Positions 28,059 to 40,303 of a DNA stretch of 64,000 nucleotides are shown here, one piece after another. Below the pieces are notes generated by a model. It ran no database searches, had not been told where the DNA came from, and saw only the letters and a program-made list of their open reading frames with translations. The number at the start of each line of letters is the position of its first letter. Within the stretch, counting starts at the first letter, position 1. The position numbers and the translations under genes are program-made. Source of the DNA: Dictyostelium discoideum (taxonomy: Eukaryota); NCBI GenBank assembly GCA_000004695.1, contig CM000152.2, positions 1,504,001-1,568,000 on the forward strand. The letters run 5' to 3'.

Positions 28059-28239
28059 ATTTTTTTTTTTATTATTTCTATTTATAATATATAATATATA
28101 AAAAAAAAAAAAAAAAAAATTTTTTTTTATTATAATCCCTTAATCTAAAATAAAAAAATTAATACAAGCTCAACACCCAATTATTTAAATACCCTTGAAA
28201 CTAAATATGTTTATGAAAATTTAATGGAATTATTTAGAG

Positions 28240-28551
28240 TTGTATGAAGTTGGTGGACAAATAATGAAAGAGAATGCAATGGATGAAGCTTTTGCCAATA
28301 AAGAAGGTAATCATTCTCGATTGGCTTTGAAAACATTTGGACAATTGGGTCGCTATAATATTGAACACTATGAAAGATGTCAATCTACTATTTCAAGAGT
28401 TTATAAATATGTTAATAAGGAAAATATTAATGTTTTATATTCATTTCTAATTTGTTGTGAATTATCAGCTTATGCATTCCATGAAAAAAGCTATGGAAGA
28501 ATTTGGTGTAAAGGATCTTTTTTATTTCCATGTCCATTTAACTGCCGATAA
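28240..28551 (+). CDS. Orphan Cys-rich ORF of about 95-103 aa; no recognisable family. May be spurious or a degenerate gene fragment.
   Basis: The ORF reads 'MKENAMDEAFANKEGNHSRLALKTFGQLGRYNIEHYERC...CKGSFLFPCPFNCR' and has relatively high GC. It is flanked by inverted repeats (27741-27791; 28528-28569 overlapping its stop; 28708-28875). Confidence 0.2.
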   Translation: MYEVGGQIMKENAMDEAFANKEGNHSRLALKTFGQLGRYNIEHYERCQSTISRVYKYVNKENINVLYSFLICCELSAYAFHEKSYGRIWCKGSFLFPCPFNCR

Positions 28552-28569
28552 TCATGATGATGGACATGG
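28528..28569. other. Perfect 10-bp inverted repeat 'ccatgtccat'(22 bp)'atggacatgg' overlapping the stop codon of the orphan ORF.
   Basis: Read directly from the sequence. Confidence 0.8.
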
Positions 28570-28705
28570 TGTGAAAATGTTAAAAAATGACCATAGAAGA
28601 GTTTAATTTAGGAATTCAATTATATTTAACTTTTTTTTTTTTCAGATATTTTTGATAATTAAAAAATAATTTCAATTGAAAAACAATAAGAAATTCATTT
28701 ATTTT

Positions 28706-28876
28706 CTTATGCTTGGATCCTAAAAAAAAAAAAAAAAAAAATTTATAAAATGTGTTACTTTTATTTTTTTAAACTTTAAGAAAAAATTAAAAAAAGTATT
28801 TCATTTTATTTTTATCTTTACTTTTATTTTTTTATTTATTTTTCATCTTTTTTTTTTTTAGGATCCAAGCATAAAA
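28706..28876. repeat. Foldback or MITE-like element candidate, about 170 bp. Its ~26-bp perfect terminal inverted repeats 'ttatgcttggatcctaaaaaaaaaaa' / 'tttttttttttaggatccaagcataa' flank an AT-rich core.
   Basis: Read directly from the sequence: the left arm is 28708-28733 and the right arm is 28850-28875. Each arm contains a BamHI GGATCC site. Confidence 0.6.
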
Positions 28877-29204
28877 ATTTTTAAACATTTTTTTTCCAAT
28901 TAAATATTAAATTTGATTTACCTTTATAGAACATTGTCTTTTGATAAAAATGGAGTTTATTTTTAAATCCTAATTTTTCCTAAATATTTTAAATGAATTT
29001 GTAAAAGGTTAGTTAATATTTTAGAAAATAATATTTGGGGTGATCTATCGAATAATTTTTTTAATTGGATTGTGTGATGTGTGTGAGTTAGTTATATTTT
29101 ATAATTCTGGGGTATTATAAGATTTTCAATTTAGTTTTTTTTAATTTTTTTTTTTATTAAAATTTTTTTTTTGAAAATATACATACCGATTGAATATTAA
29201 TACA

Positions 29205-29817
29205 ATGTTTTATCATTTATTTTATTTTTTTATTTTTATTAATAATTTCTTTGTTTATTGATTTTGTTTGTATATAAATTTTTCAAAATATTTTTTTTTT
29301 AATATAAAATATAAAAAAAAAAAAAAAAAAAATTATTAACATTATTATTTTATATTATATTTAGATAAAAAAAAATCTAAAGAAAAGTAATAATGATCCA
29401 CCTGGGCCCATTAGTTTGCCATTATTAGGAAATCTTCATAACCTCACAAAAAACCCACATAGAGGTCTTAAAAATCTTTCTGATAAATATGGTGGGATTT
29501 TTAGATGTTATCTTGGTGATCATTACAGTATTGTAGTAAGTGATCCTGTGATAATTAATGAAATTTATATTAAAAAATTTGAAAAGGTTTGTACAAGACC
29601 CAATAATGATACATTTAAAATGTTTTCAAGTGGTTTTAAAGATCTTGCATTTTCAGATAATTATAATATTTGGAGTAAAATTAGAACAATAGTTAATTCA
29701 AATTTTACAAAAACAAAATTAACAAAAACCATTTACAATTATTTAGAAGATCAAACTAATCAATTAATTGAAAATATGGGAAATTATTCAAAATCTGGTG
29801 AACCTGTATGTAAAATA

Positions 29818-29855
<38 letters not shown>

Positions 29856-30917
29856 TTTAATACAATTTTAATTTAATTATTATTATTATTATTAGTTTTA
29901 TCCACAATTACAATATATATGAAAATTTCATTAAATGTAATATGTAAATTATTTTTTTCAAAAGAAATTTTACAAAATGAAAGTTTTGATAATGGGAAAA
30001 TGAGAAGAATTGCAGTACCTATTCAAATAGTTTGTAAAGAGTTGGGAGCAGGTAATTTGGTGATTTTGTGGGTATTTTATCACCTTTACTTTATTTTACA
30101 AAGAAAAAGTATCAAAAAAACAGTTCAACATCAACAGATTTCATAGGTGAAATTAATGATGAACATTTAAAAAATTTAGATCATGATTAAAATTATTTTA
30201 TTAACCTAAATAATAAAAAAAAAAACAATAATAAAGTCCAAAAGATTTAATGGATATGTTAATTATAGATTCAACAAAAGGTAAGGATGAAGATAAAGAA
30301 CCTATTGTTCATATTGGATATGATTTTTTAATGGTGGATCAGATTCGTCATCTGGTATTATGGAATGGTTCACACTTTTCATGATTAATAATAAAGATTG
30401 TCAAGAAAAAGCATACAATGAAATTGTTTCAGTAATGGGTGAAGATTGTAATAAAATTAGTTATGCTGATCGTCCAAAACTTCCATATTTAGTTGCATGT
30501 ATAAATGAATGTTTAAGAATGAGAACTGAAGATCCATTAGGTATACCAAGAGGAGCAGTTGAAGATATTGAAATCAATGGTTATTTCATGCCAAAAGGTG
30601 CAAAAGTTCATCATTATCTTTATGCATTTGGTATGAATGAAACTGTTTTTGAAAATGTAAATAAATTTCAACCAGATAGATGGTTAACAAATGATCAAGT
30701 TCATTTAAAACAAATGTTAAATCATCTCGTTCCATTCTCAGTTGGTCCTAGAAGTTGTTTTGGTAAAAATTTATCAGAATTAGAAGTATTTGTAGTTTGT
30801 TCAAATATTCTATTAAACTTTGAATTATCATCATACAATGGTAAACCGGTTGATGATTTTGAAATATTTGGAATCCATCCACCTGAATTCCCAGTTAAAT
30901 TAATTAAAAGAAAATAA
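29205..30917 (+). pseudogene. Cytochrome P450 family gene. The reading frame is disrupted at three or more places, so it is probably a pseudogene, unless these are homopolymer sequencing errors.
   Basis: The N-terminus 'IKKNLKKSNNDPPGPISLPLLGNLHNL' is a membrane-anchor/PPGP hinge (exon from the acceptor at 29363-64 to about 29809). 'ISLNVICKLFF' is an SRS1-like region. A 'DFIGEI' region lies in frame 2. The I-helix 'YDF(F)NGGSDSSSGIMEWF' can be read only if a seventh T is added to the T6 run at 30324-30329. The intact C-terminus (30360-30917) carries EXXR 'ECLRMR' and the heme loop 'FSVGPRSCFG'. The breaks are a frame 0->2 switch near 30053-30058 and an in-frame TAA plus a GT-less 45-bp AT stretch at 30188-30237 between 'LDHD' and 'SPKDLMDML'. 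Confidence 0.55.
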
Positions 30918-30983
30918 AATATTTTTTTTTTATTTTTTTTTTTATTATTAAATATATTTTTATTAATTTTATTATTATTATTA

Positions 30984-31596
30984 TTAATTTTTAAAAGTTT
31001 TAAAATCTAAATTATCCCAATTTAAATTAATACCATTTTTAATAGAATCAATATGTTTTAATACAGTTGCTTTATAAAAATATAAATGTTCATATAATTC
31101 AAAGAATGAAACACAGGAATATAGTGAATATAATTGTAAATTTGTATCTTTTTCATCTAATGCTTCTTTTAGCATTAATAAACCTTCTTCTAAATGATTA
31201 TGAGTTTCACGATATATCAATTTCAATTCATTGAATTTTTTAGTTTGTTTACAATATTTTATATAGTAATCTAATGAATCATAATTATTTTTTAAAATTT
31301 GAATGAAAACTTTCCAAGATAAAGTATTCTTTAAAAATGTTATAACTCTTAATAAAACCAATTCATTATAATCTAATTGATAAACTCTAACTGCTTCATC
31401 TAATAATTGATTCTTTTCTTGAATTGATTTCTTTCTCTCTATACCACTTGGTTCAATACCATTTTTAATTCTCCAAATAATTGTTACAATTGAAAAATCT
31501 TTTTGATCTCTAATTTCTTTATTTAAATCTTTAATCTATTAAAATAAAATGAAAATAATAATAATAAATAAATTAATATTTAAATAATATAAAATA

Positions 31597-31657
<61 letters not shown>

Positions 31658-33005
31658 TAAAACTTACTTGTAAATCCAAATCTTTTGTTAAAATTTTATA
31701 ATCTTTTAATTGTAAATTTAATCTTGAATTTTTTTCATCCAATTTTGAAAGTTGTTCTTGTGATTGTTCATAAAGTGATTGAAAACTATCTTTTTGTTCA
31801 CCAACACCTGATAAAAGTTCATACAGATTATCTATTTTTCTATGATGATTAACTAAAAGTTCAGCAGAGTTCATTAATTGAGTTCTTAATGATTCAGACC
31901 ATTGATCCAATTGATTATTATAAAGTTCCAACTCTTCTATATTTGATTTCAAATTTATAGTTTGTTCCCATTGATCGGCATTATCATTTAATACTATATT
32001 CAATTGTCTTTTTAATTCACTATTTTCACTCTTTAAATGATCTAAAAATAATCTACATGCCATTGGTATATCTAAATTTGCAAATGAAAATGAATCAATA
32101 TCTCCACCAAATGTTTGTTCATTAATTTGTTGTTGAATTGGTATATTATTATTATTATTTAAAATTTGTTGTTGTTGTTGTTGTTGTTGTTGTTTGTTAT
32201 TATTTACAGGTTGATTATTAATATTACTACTATTATTATTAGTATTTATATTGTTATTATTATTATTATTAGTAGTATTTGTATTATTAGTATTATTTAT
32301 AATTTGTTGTGTTTGTATTGGTAATTGTGATATATTAGTTGTTGTTGAAGTTGAGATGGTTGAAGTTGAAGTTATTGTTGTTGAAGTTTGTGGTGTTAAT
32401 GCAGATATTGGTGTTGATGGATCAATATAGAGATTAGCATTAACACCACTATTCTTGTTTGAATGAAATGATTGTTGTTTATTTAATTTTGGTATTTCTT
32501 TTTTAATTGGTTTATTTAATACAGATAATTGAGGTTCAATTGAACCTAGATAATGATCATCTCCACCTAATAATTCTTTATTTACAATAATTGTTGAATC
32601 TTTATAGGTTAACATCTTTTCTGAATCATCTAAATCACCACCATTGGTCATACCACCAGCTGTACCACCACCAAAATCATCTAAGTTGGTTGAGAAATCA
32701 CTCTGTCTATTTATATTGTTGGTTTCAATATTTAATTGAAATTGACCAAGTAAATTAGTTGATGCTGATGTTGTTAATGTACCACCTTTACTTGGTGTTT
32801 GTTGTTGTTGTTGCTGTGTACTACCACCACCACCACCACCACCACCAACTTTTATAGGTGTATTTTGATTATTACTACCATTGGGTGTTGGTGTACTACT
32901 ACCATTAAATGTTGATCTTTTTGTTGGAGTTTTATTGGGTGTAAGCTTTTCAAGAAAAGAATCAAATATACCTTTACTTGGTGTTGTTGATTTTACGTTT
33001 GACAT
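30984..33005 (-). CDS. Hypothetical coiled-coil protein with an N/Q/T-rich N-terminal half and a conserved-looking helical C-terminal domain. Exons on the minus strand: 33005..31668 and 31535..30984.
   Basis: Exon 1 is 1338 nt and ends '...KDLDLQ' at a GTAAGT donor. The 132-bp intron contains (ATT)n and ends in TTTTAATAG. Exon 2 reads 'IKDLNKEIRDQK...RVITFLKNTLSWKVFIQILKNNYDSLDYYIKYCKQ...'. The whole exon 2 is 552 nt and in frame. Coiled-coil heptads run through 'LKSENSELKRQLNIVL...LSKLDEKNSRLNLQLKDYK'. Confidence 0.6.
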
Positions 33006-34570
33006 TTTTTATTTAATTTTTTTATTATTTTTTTATTTTTTTATTTTTTTATTTTTTAAATATAAAAATAAAATATGTATAAAAAATAAAAAAATAAAAT
33101 AAAATAAAATTGTTGTGTATAAAGTAAAAAAAAAAAAAAAATGATTGATGATGTGTTTGCCCCCAATAAAATTTTTTATTTTTTTAAAAAAAAATTAATG
33201 TTGTATAAAATTTTTACTCGAATATTTAAACACAACCACTTTTTTTTTTTTTTTATTTTTTTCAGAAAATATCTATTTTATTTTTTTTTTTTTTAAAATT
33301 TTTTATTTTTTTTATTTTTTTTTCCCGATTTCTTGCGATTATTATTTTTTAAGTTATTATTATTTGTTTTCCTTGAAATATTAATATGAATTGATCTTTT
33401 TACAATATCAAAATTTAAAAATGATCACAAATCAAAGAAATAACAAATCAAATAAAAAGGAAAAAAAAATTTTATTTATTTTTTTATTTTTATTTTTATT
33501 TTTTTTCATATTATTCCTTTAAAAATTAAATTTAATTTTTGATGTTCGATCTTTTGTTTTAAATTTTTTTTTTTATCTTTTTTTTATTTCTATTTTTTTA
33601 TTTTTTTTTTTTATTTTTATTTATTTTTTTTACCACACGTCATATTTTTTTAAAAGGAAATGTGTCTTGCATATGTTTTGAAATTGACAGTAGTGGTTAA
33701 GATTTTTTTTTTTTATTTTTATTTTTTATTTTATTTTATTATTTTTTTAAAAAATAAAATTAAATTAAAAATAAATTAAATTAAATAGATTTAAATTACT
33801 ATTTTTTAGTTTCATAAATAATATTTTTTAGGTTTATAGTTTTTTTTTTTTTTATTTTATTTTTTTTTTTTTTTTTTTTTTTTTTTTCCTTCATTATAAT
33901 TAGTATTATAACTAAAACTAATTTAAATAGTATTGATTATTTTAACTATTTTAATTTTTTTTTTTTTTTTTTTTTATACAATTTTTTTTATTCTATTTTA
34001 ATATCGTAATTATTAATATTATTAATATTAAAAAAATAAAAAAAAATAAAATAATAATTTTATTATTATCGTATTAATAGTAATTAAATATTTCCCATTA
34101 AAATCAACAAAATCAATATTTACTTTTTTTTTTTTTTTTTTTTTATTATTTTTTTTTAAAAAATTATCTTTTAAATAAACAATATTATAGTAATAAATAT
34201 ATCTGCTAAATTATAATTTTGCTAATTAAAATATTATTTAAATTTTATTTATTTATTTATTTCAAATCCATATTTAATTAATAAAATAATAATTTTAAAA
34301 AAAATAAAATAAAATAAAATAATTACCTTATTAATTATTAACAGTAATCAGTATTTCTTTTAAAATTATTTGTTATTTCCATTTTAAAAATTATTTATTA
34401 TTTTATTATTTATTTTCTTATTTCCTATAGAAAAAAAAAAAAAAATAATATTTTTTTTTTTTATTCCTAAACACTTTTATTTATATTATTATTATTTTTT
34501 TTTTTTTTTTTAATGTAGAAACAATAATAATTTTAAACAATTAAAAAATATATATAATTTAATATCAAAA

Positions 34571-34870
34571 ATGCAATCTTCAAATCCATTTGAAAATAGT
34601 GGTAGTTCTGGTGGTGGAGAAGGGAGTGAAGATACTAAAGATGATTTTGTACTATTAAAAAAAGATGAAGACCCAACAATTCAAAGTACTTTAATAAAAA
34701 GATTGGATTCAATTCAACAACAGGATCATTTAAAAAAGAAACAAGATTTAGATACAAAAAGTAATGAAAGTAGTTCAATATGTGGTGCTTCTCCATTTGA
34801 AGTTTCAAAAGAGGATCATAGTAATTTAAAATCTGCAAATGATTTAAAACAAAAAGAAAATCAAAAATTA

Positions 34871-34963
<93 letters not shown>

Positions 34964-35094
34964 GAACAACAACAAGAACAAGAACAATTTGGACAACAAT
35001 CAACCAATGAAACAATATCTTTACCATTTTCAAATAATAATGAATCAATTGTAAATTTAAATAATCAACAACAACAATCAACAGAAATAATAAA

Positions 35095-35126
<32 letters not shown>

Positions 35127-35599
35127 ACCAATTTGTATCAGTTCCATTTAGTCCACCATTAAAACCATTTTCATTAGAAAAAATAGAATCAAATTCAGAG
35201 TTACCATTTATTAGACCAGATAATTATGAAAGTACAAATTATCCTCATAATACAACAACCAACTCAAATAGTGGTATTTTAAATCCAGGAATTGATAGAG
35301 CATACTATAATATGAATTCAAGGATTGGTAGTAACATTCCATTAGATGATGATAATGCAAATCCATTCGCTCGTATTACCACAGCTGTTGACCCAGAAGT
35401 CGAAGTTAACAATGATGATGATGAAGCTGGTCCAATGGTTAATATAAATATCAATCCTGGTACTTTTGCAGAACCAAACGGTGCAGAAGTTCCTGTAGTA
35501 ACAAGAAGAAGAAGAACCGATGATAAAATAGGTGTCATTATAATGTGTACTATAATTATAATTATTATTGGTGGTTGTATTGCATTTTTATTCATTTAA
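34571..35599 (+). CDS. Hypothetical tail-anchored membrane protein with NPF motifs and a poly-Gln tract.
   Basis: 342-aa single ORF. 'SNPFEN' and 'ANPFARI' are EH-domain-ligand-like motifs. (CAA)n encodes Q30. The C-terminal 'IGVIIMCTIIIIIIGGCIAFLFI' is a single TM segment at the extreme C-terminus. Confidence 0.5.
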
Positions 35600-35736
35600 A
35601 TGTAATTTAAAAAAAAAAAAAAAAAAAAAACAAATTTAAAAATAAAAATTAAAAATAAAATAATAATTTCTTTTAAAGTAAAAAAAAAATAATAATACAA
35701 TAAGAATTTTTATTTAAAAATTTTTATTTTATTTAT

Positions 35737-36123
35737 TTATTTTTTAATTGCATGAAGTAAATAATTAACATTTAAATCATTTGTAAAATCCCATTCACAA
35801 GTTAATGGATTATAAACTAAACCTTTAAGATCAGTGATTTGACAATTATTTGAATCAAAATAAGATTCTAAATCCTTTGGTTTTATAAATTGATCCCAAT
35901 GATGTGTTCCAACTGGTACCATTCTAAAAATATATTCAGCACCTAAAATCGCAGAGATATATGATAAAAATGTTTTATTAATTGTTGATATAAATATACT
36001 ACCACCTGGTTTAACTATTTTACTTAAATAATCTATAAATTGTTTTGGATTATCAACATGTTCAATCACTTCTAATGAACAAACTGCATCAAATTGTTGA
36101 TCATTTTCAATATTATAAAAATT

Positions 36124-36171
<48 letters not shown>

Positions 36172-36795
36172 TATATTAATATATTTAATTATTTAATTAT
36201 TTTATTATTTATATTTACCAATTGTTGATTCTAAATAATTTAAAGATTTATTTTGAATATTTTCATTTAATTTTTGATCGAATGATGCATGTGAAATTGC
36301 CATTAAAATATTATTTTTAGCAGCATCTAAACCAACGACTTTAGAAGCACCTAATCTACTTAATGATTCTGTTAATAATCCAACACCACAACCAACATCA
36401 ATTACATTTAAACCTTCTAATGGTAAATGAATTGGATTTTTTGAAACTTTTTCATTATAAATCTTTAATCTATCACAAATATATTTAACTCTAAATGGAT
36501 TCATTCTATGTAATGGTTTCATTGTTCCTTCTGGATTCCACCAATCTGAAGATTGTTGATTAAAAAAATCAATTTCATCTTGTCTTAATGTTGTTGTTGT
36601 TGTTGTAGTGGTATTATTACTATTATTATTACTATTGGATGTTGTTGTAAAATATTTATTACTAATAAATTTACTACTACCACTACTACTACTACTACTA
36701 TATATAATTGATTGTTTTTGTGATTTTATTAAATTATTTATTAAATTTGGTTTATTTAATCTTTGACAAGATTTGCTAATTAAATGATAAATCAT
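35737..36795 (-). CDS. coq3: Ubiquinone biosynthesis O-methyltransferase COQ3/UbiG (SAM-dependent). Exons on the minus strand: 36795..36219 and 36125..35737.
   Basis: 'DWWNPEGTMKPLHRMNPFRVKYI', 'GLNVIDVGCGVGLLTESLSRLGASKVVGLDAAKNNI' (SAM motif I) and 'FDAVCSLEVIEHVDNPKQF...LSKIVKPGGSIFISTINKT' all fit COQ3/UbiG. The 93-bp intron (minus-strand donor GTAAAT, acceptor TTTAG) contains an (AT)n run and is phase 1. Confidence 0.8.
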
Positions 36796-37077
36796 TGTTT
36801 TTTTTTTTTTTATTTTTTTTTTTTTTTATTTTATCTTTTTTCGAGTTGATAGGAGTAATTTGACAATAAAATATTTTTTTATTTCATTTTTTTTTTTTTT
36901 TTTTTTTTTTTTTCATTTTTATTTTTTAATTTTTTTTTTTTTTTTTCATTTTTATTTTTTTTTGAAATTTTTTTTTTTTTTTTTTAAAAGGTTGTTGTTC
37001 ATATTTCACGGTGAGGCGATAGGAAAGGGTAAAAAAAAAATAAAAATAAAAATAGAAATAAAAAAAAAAATAAAAAA

Positions 37078-37766
37078 ATGAAAATCAGAGAAATTATACC
37101 ATTATTAAGTTCAAATCCTCTCTTTTCAAAAACACCACAATCATCACAAAAACCATCATCATTCACAAGTGAAAATAATGAATTATCATTCACAGCAAAA
37201 AATTTTTTATCAGTAAATAATCAATCATCAGAAATTTATTATTATTCACCAATTGAATGTAAATTATATGTAATTAAAGTAGAATCAACTTTAGATAATA
37301 CAATTTGTGCAATTAGATTTCAGGTAAATATTATAATTATTATCATAATTTATTATTATTATTATTATAATTTATTAATAATTAATTAATTAATTACTTA
37401 ATTAAATTAATAATAATAGGAATTAAAATTAAAAATCAATTTTGAAGTTTATAAAATTGAATTGAATGAAGATTCTAGATATCTTTGTATTTCAGGACAT
37501 GTAAATTGTATAATTGTTGATTTAAATCCTCAAACTGTAAATTCATATTTCACAAGTCAAGAGATTTTCTCTGATCAAGAGAATAAAACCTTTGGTTATG
37601 ATTCATTAACAGTTAGAAGTTTTACATTAGATAAAACTTTTTATCAATCTCAAATTTCAAATATAATTAAACAAGTTGAATGGCATCCATTAAGTAATAT
37701 TCATTTAGTAATTTTATATTCAAATAATACTTTAAAGTAAGTGTGTTTGTTTGTTTTTGTTTTTTG

Positions 37767-37797
<31 letters not shown>

Positions 37798-38534
37798 TAT
37801 AAATTATGTATATATATGTTCATTTTTAATTTCTAATTTTTTATTTTTTACTTTTATTAGAATTTATAATATTCAAAGTGGAAATGAAGAAATTGAACAG
37901 ACATTTAATTTAGAATCAATTCATACATTTGAATCATTAAAGAATTTAAAGAATAATGATATTAGAAATCAAACAAAGAATACCAAGAAATTCATTTCAT
38001 TTTGTTTTGGTTCAAATATTAATTTTTGGACAAGATTCACAATATTTTTATTAAGTGATTCTGGCGAAATCTTTAATCTTTGTCCAGTAATTCCAAATAA
38101 TTGTTTAGTTGAAACTAGTTTTTATAGGGATTTTCAAAATCATATTTTATATGAAAAAAATCAAATTGAAAATAATAGCGGTAGTGGTAGTAGTAATGGA
38201 GATGATAGCGATGAATTTATAAAACAACAACAACAACAAAAAAAATATTATGATTTTCAATTTAAATGGTTAATGGCAGCATCAATTAATACAATACCAT
38301 TTGAGATTGAAAATGTAAGTTGGTTAAAATTATCATCACCATCAAATAGTAGTACTACTTTTAATCCACTACTTCAAGGTCCAATTTCAAGGATATCAGA
38401 TTCATTACCACCATCATCAAATAGAGTACCTCTTAAAATTTTATCAATTCAACCATTAGTTTCAAATATAGATCAAAATTCAAATTCTTCAATTATAAAT
38501 AAAATTAATAATAATAATAATAATGATGACGATG

Positions 38535-38605
<71 letters not shown>

Positions 38606-38794
38606 GATGATGAAAAAAAGAAACATAATTTATCATTATCATCAACAAATAAATTAATACCATTTGTAATTATAGTTTTAATGGAATCTTGTGAAAGTTT
38701 AGTAAATATTTGTTGTCAGGATACTATTCCAATGTGGTCAAATGATAATGGTATTTTATATTTAGAGGAAAATAATAGTAATAGTAATAGTAAA

Positions 38795-38827
<33 letters not shown>

Positions 38828-39112
38828 CCAAAATATATAGATTTGATACTATATGAAATTTTAGATTTAAATGTAAAGAAATCAATTAAACCATCATTTA
38901 GTAATATTGATAAAAATTTAAAGAATAAATCAACAATTGCAATTGCAAGCACAAATCAAACTAAAGATTATTTATCATATTCATTACCAACAATGAAATA
39001 TGATCAATGGAGTGATAGTTTATATTTTTATCATAATCAAGGTGTTCAAATAGCTAAATTCCCATGGTTATATCAAATTTATTTAGAAATTAATAATATT
39101 GTAGCTTTTGAA

Positions 39113-39156
<44 letters not shown>

Positions 39157-39728
39157 TAATATCAATAATAGCAGTACCACGAATAATAATAATAATAAAA
39201 ATAAAAATAAAAATGATGAAATTGATGAAAATATTGAATTTGAAACAACTTCATTAATGTCTGTTATAAATAATGGTAGTGGTAATGGTGATCAATGTAT
39301 ACCAATTATTGGAATTCAAGTTTTTAGTAATATAAAAATTGGTACCTATTTCTTAATTTTACCAAATACTTTTAAAATCATCATTTTTGATATGGATGGT
39401 TTAATAAATCAACAACCAAATCTTCATGAACAAAAACAACAACAACAACAGAATGACGATAATGATGATGATGATGATGATGATGATAACGATGAAGATG
39501 AAATTAATTTAAAATCACCAATTCAACCATTTATTGATAATCCACCATCATTTATTGGAAGAATTATCTTACCAAATTCTTTTACACAAAAAGAATTTTT
39601 ACAAACTTTAGTTAATACAAAAAAGAAGTTATATAATTTATATATTTATTCAAATCAATTAGAAATAGAATTAAATTCAAGGTAATTAATAATATATATA
39701 TATATATTTATATAAAAATATTTTTTTT

Positions 39729-39760
<32 letters not shown>

Positions 39761-40303
39761 TAATATAAATTTATATTATAAATTTTTTAAATTAAAATTA
39801 GAGTTAAAGGTTTAGAATTAATAAGTAAAGATCAATTAAAGTTAATTGATAAATTAAAGATTTATATAGAGAATTTAAAAAGTAATCAACAAGCTTTAAA
39901 TGCAAAACTTAAATATGTTTGGGATAAAAAAGAAATTGATTCTGAAGAGATTAAAGAACTCTATAAGGTTGAAATGGAAGGTAAACCATTAAGTAATCAA
40001 GAGAAAGAATTGGCTAAAACTTTAAAACAAATCAATAGTCAAGTTAATATTTATTCTGAAAGATTAAATCAAGTAGAAAAGGATTTACAAGAAAATAATA
40101 ATAACAACAACAACAACAACAACAACAATAGTAGTAATATTAATAATAATAATAATAATAATGGATTAATTTCAGTAACATCTTATGAAACAATACCAAT
40201 TGAACATCAAACTGAAATTAAAAAAGTATTAAATTTACATGGTCAAAAGATTGAAGAGGATGTTACAAAATTAGAAAAATTATTAAAAAATATTCAAATT
40301 TAA
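37078..40303 (+). CDS. nup88: Nucleoporin Nup88 (beta-propeller N-terminus, C-terminal coiled coil). Exons 37078..37323, 37420..37736, 37861..39681, 39802..40303.
   Basis: 'QVEWHPLSNIHLVILYSNNTLK|IYNIQSGNEEIEQ' parallels human Nup88 '[33 protein letters not shown]'. The C-terminal coiled-coil exon carries heptad repeats. Donors are GTAAAT, GTAAGT and GTAATT, all AG-terminated. Phases 0/2/2 are consistent. Long poly-Asn and poly-Asp insertions are present. Confidence 0.7.

Noticed and set aside
30281-30342. A possible 62-bp intron (GTAAGG...ATCAG) that would remove the P450 I-helix frameshift.
   Set aside because: It would delete the conserved 'FFNGGSDSS' I-helix motif. That motif appears perfectly when a single T is added to the T6 run, so a frameshift or pseudogene is the simpler explanation.
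34635-35595. Minus-strand ORFs inside the NPF/tail-anchored gene (poly-Val from the antisense CAA repeat); also 20050..20355, 38716..38952, 41784..42547, 42797..43445, 47362..47814, 48473..49088, 52326..52868, 56431..57207, 58476..59097.
   Set aside because: These are antisense or alternative-frame ORFs created by trinucleotide repeats in genuine coding exons on the opposite strand.
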